Source: Chrysomallon squamiferum
Taxonomy: Eukaryota; Animalia; Mollusca
Assembly (NCBI GenBank): GCA_012295275.1
Contig: CM022669.1
Span: forward strand, 16,554,001 to 16,618,000
Reading direction: 5' to 3'
DNA length: 64,000 nt
The translations under genes and the position numbers were made by a program. The notes beneath the pieces were generated by a model. It saw nothing but the letters and a program-made list of their open reading frames with translations. It searched no databases and was not told the DNA's origin. Position 1 is the stretch's first letter; each line of letters opens with the position of its first letter. Of the stretch, positions 52,931 to 64,000 are shown piece after piece.

Positions 52931-53874
52931 TTTATTTAGGTTGCAGTACACAATTCTGTTTGTCTCCTACAATCTCGTAATACGGAAACTCAGATGTATG
53001 TACCATAGTTTGAACTTCGCCACCAACCTTAATAATAGGATGAGAACATTTATGCTTACCCTGTTCTATATATTTTATTTTATTTTATTTTATTTTATTT
53101 TAATTTTTTTAAAAGATCGCAAGACTCATTTAATCACAAGACAAGTTTATAGACATCTGGTGTGAAGATTCATTGTATCACGAAGGTTAAAAAGGTATTT
53201 TAGAAATTATTTTTTCTGAGCACCTTATTTCTAATTCAATGGATTATGCCTTTTAGTAGAACCATTTCCCTAATACAGATACAAAATTTCTTAAGGCATT
53301 TCTGTTGATCGCTTTTCTGATAGGAGCATTTATATCTAAGGCTTTCGTTAATACTGTGCACTAGGATTCGTAGACTGCTCTCATTACTTCTAATATTTAA
53401 TACAAGAATTTAACAATCGAGTTTCGTTCGTTCTTGCGACTTGGTTGTTAAGCGATTTGATCGAAAAGCGAGTAGCCGCCCCTTAACAATATTATAAGCT
53501 TATTGTAGTGTCAGTCATCATTACACAAATACCACCATTTATTACATTTTTAGTATACTTCTTAATGTTTATAAAGACTATGCTGTATATCTTTTTAATT
53601 AATTTTTTTAAAGAAAAAGGCAAAAGGACAGAGTAAATCAACCATGACAAATTATTTAGGTTTGAATACGGAAAATAGAGATACTTTTATTTATTTTTTT
53701 ATTTTTTTATGAAGAAAAATCCTAAAGGAAATTCGAACTTGATAAGTTTGTTTTAATTTGCGTAACAGTTATACTATGGTGTGGAGAATAAAGTACTGTT
53801 GACCCTCTGTTTCATCTGGAAAACATACAACATTTGAACTTACCGCCATTTTCCATTCGAAATCTGTAAATGAG

Positions 53875-53985
<111 letters not shown>

Positions 53986-54897
53986 TCCCACATATATATA
54001 TATATATAGTGTGTGTGTGTCTGTGTATGTGTGTGTATATGTGTGCGTCTGTTTGTGTTTGTGTTTGTGTTTGTGTGTTTTTGTATGTTTGTGTGTTTGG
54101 TTTGTGTGCGTGAATTGTATTGCACGTATACAGTGTATATACAATTATTTTATGAGTTGCCCTGATTGATTCCTTACCCCAAAATATGGGCATATAAAAT
54201 TGAAAGAAGTCCAAACAATGTTTGCATGGTTCACTATGATTCTGGATAAAGCAGAACGATGTTAAAATCCAAGAAAAAAAAAAAAAAAAAAAAAAAAACG
54301 AAATAATAACAACAGTTAAATAATTAAGTAATAAATGCGAACGAAGAATGGTTTATTTGAACAGGAATCATGGAAAACATGGCGGACATCTGAATACACA
54401 GGTGCGGCGTATCAGTGGCCGAATACTGTGACTAGGGGTATCACGTGCGAGGAAAAGCAGGACACCGACATTAATCTGCTTGTCAAGGTCAAGGAGACTG
54501 TCCCAAATATTTGTCTGAACGGACAAGCATAGCGAAAGCGATTGGTTAAACCTGTTGATATTTCAGTTTACATACGAACTCAACAGATTAACGCCCGGGT
54601 GAGTTCTGTTTACTTTCACGGAAAGTGTCTCTCTGTCTGCATTCGTCTTTGGCCCCTCTCCGATTTAAGGCTTTGGAATAAAACATTACTATGATTTTTT
54701 TTTTCTTACTTTGTTCATTTTTTTATTTATTTATTTATTTATTTTGTGCATGGTGGATCAATTTTTGATTATGCAGATTTGTGGATTCGTTCACAGAAAT
54801 ATTCAACTTAGCGAAACAAACTCTCCCTTTTCTCAGGCTAGGTATTTTTTTTCCACCATTTACCTTTTGTAATTATGCTCCACTCAAAACAAAATAC

Positions 54898-55042
<145 letters not shown>

Positions 55043-57967
55043 ATTGAAAAAGAAGGAAAGAGACAAGGGCACTGAACAACCACAACAGCATAAATAAATA
55101 AAGAAAGAAAAAGAGAAAGAAAGATAGAAAGAAAATATAGTTATTAGTTTATGAAACAAACAAACAATAATCAATAAAACCATCATTTATTTCCTCAGTA
55201 TTATATACATATACATAATCGTATTAAAAGAATCAGTTAAAAGTTAAAAGAGGATAAACCGGTAATGTAAACTTACTGTTTATTTCAGTTCTGTATTTGA
55301 CAGGTACACATCTAGTCACAGAAATGTTCAGACATTTAAATTATAGTCATAACATCCTTCCAACATAATATATTTCAAACAGGAAGTACTCAGTAGTCTG
55401 TACGTATAATTATCATAAATATGATAAAATTAAATGGATAGAAATTCATTTAAGAAAACCGAACGATTCAATAATAATAATAATAATAATTTGATACAAA
55501 CGGTACATAATATTTGTCTTTTTCCCCAAAAATCGTACAAAATAAAATATAACATCGCAAGTACCTTGTTAACAATTTTCAGTTCAATTTACGCTGTGAC
55601 ATGGATTCAAAGTTATATAACTGGACAAAGACAGCTACTTTAAAATAAAGAAAACAGTCTAATCGTATCATGCATGACATAATACCCTGAGCATCTTCGA
55701 TAAATCATTTTTTTTATTTACTTATTTTTCATTAAAGCCAAGGCACTAGAAATTCTGAACGATACACTCTACCCAACTATTAAACAAAAATCTATTACCT
55801 CCCTTTACACGTTCTTTAATATTTCTTTTTAACTGGCGATCTAACCCGAAGCATCCCGAATCTTCTGTGGGTAATTAATTATGTTAATTCTGATATTGTC
55901 AAAAAAATTTCTCTGTTAATTATGATTACTGTTAAATAAATAAGGATAAAATATGAAAAAAAAAACCAAAAAAAAAAAAAATTTTTTTTTTTTCTTTATA
56001 ATAGTAATATATGTAGTGTTAATAATAGTATTATAACGCTGTCATTGAAATTAGTATTGTTAACGGTATTAGTAGAAGTAACTGATGTAGTAATAATATT
56101 GTTAGAAGGATTGCTTCGAATTATAACTGGGTAGTATTTTAAAAACAGTTTACTACTACAGTAAATCAACAACTTTCCATTAGCAGTGTAAATAAATATA
56201 TTGTAAAATTACTGAAACGTAAGATTAGCAAATAACAGAATCGTTTCTAGAATTCAGTTTTAATTGTAGACACACGAACGCTGTCCGTCAATTAACAGAA
56301 TATAAAATGTGATCTATGTATATGATTATAATTATGTGTGTGTGCGTGTATGTATGTGTGCGTGTGAGAGTGTATTGTGTTATTGTATTGTGTTGTTCGT
56401 AGATATGTATGTAGCATTTAGGCATGTACACAAACACATTTTCTATACTTGTCAGGAATAGCTACAATTCAGCACCGACACTGTTATGGCAAAGTTGAAT
56501 GAATTAAAATATATACTGACTAAACTTCATTCTCAGCCTGTAACAAACGAGACGAAGATCTTAAAGTAAACTGTCTAATTCCAACACGTAAATTCTGAAA
56601 ATAGATAGATATGTTTTGAAAAATGCATAAAAAAAAACTGAAGCCACCATGATAAATGTTTGTGTATTCACGAATGATATTCCAGTTATATGGAGCGTTC
56701 AAAATACCAGAAACATTATAGCTGTAAGTTAGATATCTATTTTTTTTTTTTTAATGTTTTCTATCCTAGATACAATATTTAGATGACATCCATAACATGC
56801 CACATGTAGTTTTTTCTTAAATTGTATTTTATTTATTTACTGAAGTTGTTACTGTTAATATTATTATTATTGTTTTTATTTATTTATTTTATTTATTTAT
56901 TTACTTATTTATTTATTTAAATTATATATATTTTTTTTTTTTTTAATGAAATTGATATTCCTTGTATAATTTGTAGCCAACACAACATGGTATCCCTTTC
57001 CAAAATCGTGCGAACACTCCTTAATAATAATGTAATGATCAGTTTTCTATGCTTGTCTAAATATTTTCTCAACATTATGTTAATGACCTTAGTAATTATA
57101 GTATCCTAGTAATATAAAATTCTGGTCTCGATGATAATTAAAACTACATCAGACGTCACAACAGGCAATTTGAGCAAATGTTTGGAATAATAATCATAAA
57201 ATATGTCTATGAAATGACAAGCCTCTTTTATGGAATAATAAAATGCAGAAATAGAATACTAGAAGTTTGAAAAGCACCTGAATCAAGGCTATATTTTCAT
57301 TTTTCTTTCCATCATACTCTTATCTGTTAACATCAGTTCTTTCAAAAAGGTAACACTTAAAAAAAAAAAAAAAAAAAAAAAAATTGCATATCAGATTTAA
57401 AGTGAGATTGGAGAAAAAAAAATATATTAAGAAAAGATTGAAAAAGATAAATGTTGTTTTATGCTTTTTGCGATTCTACTAATTTTTACTTCGTTGATGT
57501 TTTTTATGTTTCTTTAAATACATTAATGTATATACTGAAATGACTGTTTTTATTTGGTTGTGGCAACTAATCATTTCCAAATGCAAAAATGACCGAGCTA
57601 ATATTATTTGCAATTACTCAGTTTACCGTCAACTGGAAATTACACTATAAAAAGTATATCTATGCTCTTTGTAACATGTCACACAAATTTTTTTTCTCTT
57701 AGGCTTAAACATTCAGAAAAGATTTCATATATTAAAATCATTATGATAAAAGCATTCTGGTTCATAATCATCATAACCATTCTCAAAGTGGAATTCCAGA
57801 TCTTTAAAACCTTTCCAAAAATTCTGTTCTTTTTGCGACTAAGGCTTTCAAAATCCACTCCCCGCGAATCCCACCTCAACGTCCGCAGCGTGGAGAAATT
57901 TGGTCCTGTTCACCAGACAAGGATTTGCTTCAGTATCGTCAAGGACAACGTCGTGAAGTATCGCGTT

Positions 57968-58038
57968 TTAGGACACATTGCAGACAGTAGGCGAACAAGG
58001 TTTATTGGAAGGTAGGTTAGCGCGTCTGCGTACGTATT
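57968..58038 (-). CDS. ANKDD1A: ANKDD1-like protein, last exon (EYVRRRANLPSNKPCSPTVCNVS*)
   Basis: TTTTTAG acceptor 58039-58040, phase 1 matches the previous exon, TAA at 57968-57970. Confidence 0.8.
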
Positions 58039-58095
58039 CTAAAAACAAACAGATCATTAAAATGAATTAACTGTTAATTCAATTATTTTTGAAGT

Positions 58096-58150
<55 letters not shown>

Positions 58151-58367
58151 CTTCAGGGGACATAACTCGGTTCCTACAGTTGATTCGGGTCACAAATAAA
58201 ATATCTAGGTTACTATTATCGATCGTTTCTTTCATTAATCCGTATCCCTCCTTCCCTCGGTCTTTTTCTCTACTTCACTCTTACTCTCTCTGACTCATAT
58301 ATTCTGTCTGTGTGTGTGTGTCTGTGCGTGTGCGTGTGTGTGTGTGTATAATCTCAATATCATTTCA

Positions 58368-58607
<240 letters not shown>

Positions 58608-59248
58608 CTAAAATTTATATATATATATATAAAAAAAAAAATTAAAAAAATTAACATGGCTTGATGGTTGTAGTATGGTTATTTTATTTACGAAAATTTA
58701 AAATAATGATGTGGCAGTTAATTTTTTCTTTATGTATAATTAATAAAAATAGTAACATCTAAGCTGCCACAAAATTAGCACTCTATCGCACTCTGAAATA
58801 CTATTTATGGAAAATTAGCCATTTCTTTTCTTGCTCAAAATATAAATGACGTCAAAATATCTAGGTCAGGTTGGGTCAAATCCTACGTAGATATCGTACG
58901 TAGATATCCATGGTTACTAAGTTTATTACCCTGACGATCATTATCGTCATATCGTACTCAGTTGCAGGTGTTAAGCGGCGACATTTGTTTTTATTTTTTT
59001 TATTTTTATTTTTTTATAATGTTATAAATTAAAATAAAACTTTAAATAATAAAACAGTGAAAGTATGTATATCTATCTATCTATCTATCTATCTATATAT
59101 ATATATATATATATACAACATGAATTCTCTACGCTATATTCTAATTTTAATCAACGCACAAATTCGATGTGACAAAACGTTATAAGGCAAGGACTAAATT
59201 TAAACGTCGAATCTTTCTAATCCTGGGGCCTGGTTCAAAGCCGTATAC

Positions 59249-59447
59249 CTGTATATTGATGTTCTATGGCTCTGATGTGTTCTACCGTGAATTTCCAGTG
59301 CAGAGCCAGCTTTTTCCAATCTCCCGATTTCAGCTGTTTCGTCGCCAGCTTCCACATGATGTTCTTCATGACGGGCGCTGAGGGATGGACAGGTTTTCTC
59401 AAGTAGAGATGAGGATCCACGTAACCCAGATCTCTGTCGTGATAGTC
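59249..59447 (-). CDS. ANKDD1A: ANKDD1-like protein, linker and death-domain exon 1
   Basis: DYHDRDLGYVDPHLYLRKPVHPSAPVMKNIMWKLATKQLKSGDWKKLALHWKFTVEHIRAIEHQYT. The WKLA...WKKLA.HW.FT..HIRAIE pattern is typical of the ANKDD1 death domain. Acceptor 59448-59449, donor 59247-59248. Confidence 0.9.
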
Positions 59448-59449
59448 CT

Positions 59450-59703
59450 AAACACAGAAACATATGTATTTAACAAAGAGACATATGCATTTAACACAGA
59501 GACATGTTTATTTAACACAGAGACATGTGTATTTAACACAGAGACATATGTATTTAACACAGAGACATATGTATTTAACACAGAGACATAGGTATTTAAC
59601 ACAGAAACATATGTATTTAACACAGAGACATATGTATTTAACACAGACATATGTATTTAACACAGAGACATATGTATTTAACACAGAGACATATTTATTT
59701 AAC
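59450..59703. repeat. 21-bp minisatellite (TTTAACACAGAGACATATGTA), about 12 copies
   Basis: Directly visible. It abuts the splice acceptor at 59448-59449. Confidence 0.95.
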
Positions 59704-60123
59704 TTACTGAAATATTTTAACATGCATCATTATAAGGCGTTAGTCGTGTGATGTTTTAAATGATGGTGTATGGGCGGGGCATATATTTTGATCTACTCCT
59801 ATCGATTATCAGCTTATCTTCTGTTATTAAGTACTTTCACATACAAAGGAAAAATATGCCACAATTTCAAATGATGCAAACCTGTTATGGTGCAATATAA
59901 TTTACATGATAGGTACAATTTTAACTAAATGGATGATGTTTAAAAAGACTTCATCACTTTTGATATTAATATATTTTTTTTCACGTCAGCTGATGATAAT
60001 GAATGCAAGGCAAAAATGATTTATATATGTATGCATTCCCGTAGACAGTAAAAAACATATCACTGTCTTTGATGATAAAGCAGATACAGGACATTCTCTG
60101 GACAGGGAAATGGGATAGTCTTT

Positions 60124-60155
<32 letters not shown>

Positions 60156-60475
60156 CATTCTTGATATTGTATTACTGTTCTGTTAAAGTTCTTCTTTCTT
60201 TAACGTTAAATATTTCAAAACATTTTGAATAAATAAAACAGCTTTGATCCTTCTATGAATGAATAAATAAATAAATAATACAAAACGGATCTTTAATAAT
60301 ATAAGCAAACTTATAATCAACATTTAAAGAACACATATCACTAACGCACAGTAATAACGCCATCCTGAATTAAAGTTACGTGCTTACAAGCGATGTCAAA
60401 AAAACTCTTCCGATGCTTAACGGAAACTAACGAACATCCGGCCGCCATTTTTTTTTTTTTCCTGTTTTTACTTAC

Positions 60476-60571
60476 TCTTGTGTTAGCGTAATATCGATCA
60501 GCCTTGATAATCATGTCAACAATTGCTACAAAACCTCCCCTCGCTGCGAGCTGGAGAGCTGTTTTACCAGT
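60476..60571 (-). CDS. ANKDD1A: ANKDD1-like protein, last ankyrin exon (TGKTALQLAARGGFVAIVDMIIKADRYYANTR)
   Basis: TTTCAG acceptor 60572-60573, GTAAGT donor 60474-60475, phase 0-0. The VDMIIKADR motif is ANKDD1-like. Confidence 0.9.
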
Positions 60572-60779
60572 CTGAAAGAAAGAATCAATCAGTGAGTGTT
60601 TTGCTTAATAAACTCTTAAATCATTCTAAAATAATTTGTCAGGTGTCAGTCGTATCCATATTTTTAATTTTTTTTCCCTGTTACTGTGAAAAACGTTTCC
60701 TGTTGCCATGGTTACCGTTCAACCTCACATATTTCATATATTCTCTCCATATCTCTTTATTTTCTGCTTCCATGTACGC

Positions 60780-60903
<124 letters not shown>

Positions 60904-60929
60904 CCGTCCTTGTAATTATTTATTTTTAC

Positions 60930-61028
60930 CTTCTCTCTTGCTTCCAAGTCAGCCCCGCCAGCGAGCAAAACCTCCACAATGTCCAGAAATTCATTTTCCA
61001 CGCCGAGATGTAGAGCGGTTTGAAGTCT
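60930..61028 (-). CDS. ANKDD1A: ANKDD1-like ankyrin exon (RLQTALHLGVENEFLDIVEVLLAGGADLEAREK)
   Basis: 99-nt phase-0 exon with AG/GT boundaries and ankyrin consensus. Confidence 0.92.
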
Positions 61029-61076
61029 CTGTAACAAAAATTATCAAATTTTTTACACCGTAAAGTAAATAAGCAA

Positions 61077-61107
<31 letters not shown>

Positions 61108-61217
61108 GCAAATAAATACATTTCTATAGAATATACATATAAAAATAGTAATAATCACGAATGTTTGACATTAAATTTCGCTAATTCTAGTCAGTTTACT
61201 GTAGAAAAATATGAAAT

Positions 61218-61256
<39 letters not shown>

Positions 61257-61257
61257 C

Positions 61258-61300
<43 letters not shown>

Positions 61301-61442
61301 CCATACGCGCACACACATTTTGATCGACAGACAAACACAGAGAAGCACAACAGACATACACAAACACAAACACAAACGCGAATTACTTCCGTTTTGTTTT
61401 ATTTGCACAGTATCTCTACTTATTTTCGTAAAGGTAACGTAC

Positions 61443-61541
61443 GTGATTTGGAAGATCTAGTTCACACCTGGAGTTGACGAGGAAGAGAGTTACATCTTTC
61501 TGATGTCCCAGAGATGACATATGTAAGGCAGAGTTACCTTG
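61443..61541 (-). CDS. ANKDD1A: ANKDD1-like ankyrin exon (QGNSALHMSSLGHQKDVTLFLVNSRCELDLPNH)
   Basis: 99-nt phase-0 exon with TTTCAG / GTACGT boundaries. Not in the supplied ORF track. Confidence 0.9.
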
Positions 61542-62084
61542 CTGAAATCAGTAACGGAAAAAAAAAAAAAAAAATACGTTATATAGTTAGACCAGAAGCC
61601 GATCAAGAATTTAAAAAAATAACAACAACAACAACAATAATAATAATAACAACAAAAGTAATAATAATTAATAAATAAATAAACAAATAAATAAACAAAT
61701 AAATAAATAAATTAAAAAAAAACGATATTTTACGAAAATACCAGTTCTGATGTTGCAAATATTAATACGTGTTTAAGTGCAGAATATATTTCTTAAATTA
61801 AAAATATTAATTAATAGAAACAAGGGGACATAATCAGGCTCATAGCTATACGAATCCAGAATGCAGAGCCTTCTTCATCAAGTAATTATGTCAAATTATT
61901 ATTAATATGAAAATAATTACGGATACTATTATTATTGCAACTGTTGCTGCATCTACTACTACTGCTGCAGTTAGATATATAACTAGGTAAAGTATTTTTT
62001 CAAAAAAAATTGTCGTCGATCATAGTTTTGAAAATCGTTTTTTTATATATATTTGCACTAAAATAATAATAATAATAATAATAA

Positions 62085-62115
<31 letters not shown>

Positions 62116-62177
62116 AAGAAGAAGAAGAAGAAGAAAGAACGAAAGAAAGAAAGAAAATATAACAATTAGGAACTTAC

Positions 62178-62276
62178 AAAATTTTGAGCATTTAGATTGC
62201 ATCCTGTTCGGACTAAACTCTGACACACTTCGAGATGTCCTAAAAAGGCAGCTTGGTGTAATGGCGTCATTTCCCG
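62178..62276 (-). CDS. ANKDD1A: ANKDD1-like ankyrin exon (REMTPLHQAAFLGHLEVCQSLVRTGCNLNAQNF)
   Basis: 99-nt phase-0 exon with TTCAG / GTAAGT boundaries and a TPLH motif. Confidence 0.92.
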
Positions 62277-62340
<64 letters not shown>

Positions 62341-62786
62341 CAATAACAATAACAATAAATAATAATAATAATAATAACAATAATAATAATAATAATAATA
62401 ATAAATATGATGATGATGATGGTGGTGGTGATGATGATGATGATGATGATGATAACGATGATGATGATTACAGCATCTTAGAACCAGTCATATGAACATG
62501 GAAGACAACATTCATTTCACGATTGCTCAGTACATTAACCAGATCTTCATCTGTTTTACAAATGGGGTCTGGATGATGGCAATTTTTGCAGCCGATGATC
62601 AATATAATATATAAGAAATTATAAATTTCGAAGACTCATAATCATCTCCATACTTGCAGCAATGGGAAAAAAATATGGTTAGAGAATTTTTTTTTTTTTT
62701 TTTTTTTTTTTATTACTTTGCGTAATGAACTTGTGTTGCTACTAAAACGTTCTATACGTTTATTGAGACGCCAAAAACTCACGTAC

Positions 62787-62885
62787 GATCGTTTCAGCGT
62801 TCGCACTCGCCGTATAGTCGAGAAGCAAGTCTACCGCTTCTTTGTGATTGTTTTCCGCAGCTAGATAGAGGGCGGTACGTCCTTC
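62787..62885 (-). CDS. ANKDD1A: ANKDD1-like ankyrin exon (EGRTALYLAAENNHKEAVDLLLDYTASANAETI)
   Basis: 99-nt phase-0 exon with a poly-T CAG acceptor and GTACGT donor. Confidence 0.92.
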
Positions 62886-62891
62886 CTGAAG

Positions 62892-62926
<35 letters not shown>

Positions 62927-63246
62927 ACCCATATAAATCCAGCCAACAAATAAACAAAAATATAAATTTGTCACGGACATATACAGAGTGCTAAATTACT
63001 TTTTATTTTTTATTATTTTTTATTATTGCACCAGTGACTTAATTAAGTTTTATTACTGGAATAGAATCTTTGATTAGGATCTGTGAAAGTTTTGGTTAGT
63101 CTATGTATGGTAGTTTTACGTTTTAGTTCATTTCTTAATTTGTATCTTGCGTAGCAGTAAACATACTGTTCCTGCTGCTGCTTACCACTACTACCAATAA
63201 TAATAATAATGACATAGAAGAAGAAGAAGAAGAAGAAATGACTTAC

Positions 63247-63345
63247 AATATCTCTGTCATCGACTTCAACTCCAACTAATAAAAGACGTTTGAGAATTTC
63301 TGAATGACCGTTCTTAGCAGCAAGATGGACTGCAGTTTGACCACC
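63247..63345 (-). CDS. ANKDD1A: ANKDD1-like ankyrin exon (GGQTAVHLAAKNGHSEILKRLLLVGVEVDDRDI)
   Basis: 99-nt phase-0 exon with TTCAG / GTAAGT boundaries. Confidence 0.92.
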
Positions 63346-63353
63346 CTGAAGTA

Positions 63354-63642
63354 TAATAATAATAATAATGATGATGATGATGATGAAAATAATGATACTG
63401 ACATTAATAATAATGATGATGATGATGATGATGAAAATAATGATACTGACATTAATAATAATGATGATGATGATGATGATGATGAAAATAATGATACTGA
63501 CATTAATAATAATGATGATGATGATGATGATGATGAAAATAATGATACTGACATTAATAATAATGATGATGATGATGATGATGATGAAAATAATGATAAT
63601 GAAAATAATAATAATAATAATAATAATAACAACAATAATAAT
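63354..63642. repeat. Higher-order repeat: unit of about 45 bp, (AAT)n(GAT)n-GAAAATAATGATACTGACATT, 4-5 copies
   Basis: Directly visible tandem duplication of a compound microsatellite. Confidence 0.9.
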
Positions 63643-63913
63643 ATTTTCTCTGAAGCTCAATTATCACTGTCGTCTGTGTCGTTATCATACCAGTTGCTGT
63701 CCTTATTTAACGTCGTCACATAATTCAAGTTACATAAAATAGGTAACACAATAAAAAGGACAAGTGAATTTAACGCATACACTGTTCAGCTCTCTATACT
63801 GTTATACCAACGCAAACTCAGTCCTGTCTACACTTTGTCATAAATGCTGGATGCTTCATATTTACATAACCCCTGGAAAGAAGCAGTTAAAGAAACTATG
63901 AAGTTTTTCTTAC

Positions 63914-64000
63914 TTTGTCCTTGATAGAAATTTTGGCTCTCGTTTCGAGAAGTTTAAAAATAACATCGAGATGACCGCTCTCTGCAGCCAAATGCAAAGC
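63914..64000 (-). CDS. ANKDD1A: ANKDD1-like ankyrin exon, truncated by the window edge (ALHLAAESGHLDVIFKLLETRAKISIKDK)
   Basis: Ankyrin consensus with a GTAAGA donor at 63912-63913, phase 0. Confidence 0.88.

Noticed and set aside
53150-53365. Possible MITE upstream of the ZNF promoter
   Set aside because: I could not identify matching terminal inverted repeats or a target-site duplication.
57848-57967. 39 open in-frame codons after the ANKDD1 stop (possible readthrough)
   Set aside because: TAA-A is a poor readthrough context, readthrough would destroy the CaaX motif, and an open run of this length can occur by chance.
58882-58908. TACGTAGATATC duplicated, with internal palindromes
   Set aside because: A simple 13-bp slippage duplication in an intron, with no supporting context.
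59450-59703. Regular 21-bp repeats resembling a CRISPR array or a repeat protein (VSVLNTY / YLTQRHM ORFs)
   Set aside because: The units are head-to-tail with no unique spacers, there are no cas genes, and the array lies in a eukaryotic intron. The ORFs arise only because the unit is a multiple of 3.

Overview
AT-rich, microsatellite-dense eukaryotic genomic DNA. It is probably from an invertebrate, and a SINE-like remnant suggests a gastropod mollusc (inference). There are no prokaryotic features. Four spliced protein-coding genes were reconstructed by hand, all on the minus strand. (1) The 5' part of an AF9/ENL-family YEATS gene (4 exons, 420-3737) runs off the left edge. (2) A complete synaptotagmin-4/11-family gene (18764-39974) has two candidate first exons. 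(3) An 807-aa, 11-finger C2H2 zinc-finger gene (46156-48579) has a spliced leader full of uORFs. (4) The 3' part of an ANKDD1-like ankyrin-repeat/death-domain gene (57968-64000) ends in a CaaX box. The most notable anomaly is a -1 frame break in synaptotagmin exon 2 between the transmembrane segment and the C2 domains, most plausibly at an A6 run. A homopolymer assembly error is the likeliest cause, but a real allele or recoding is testable. Other leads are CRE-containing alternative synaptotagmin promoters, orphan RFX X-box promoters, microsatellites standing in for polypyrimidine tracts, complementary (AG)n/(CT)n arrays bracketing exon 2, and a visible CpG-depletion mosaic. Most ORFs in the supplied track are microsatellite artefacts. 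I found no convincing wholly novel system, so the findings are ranked leads.
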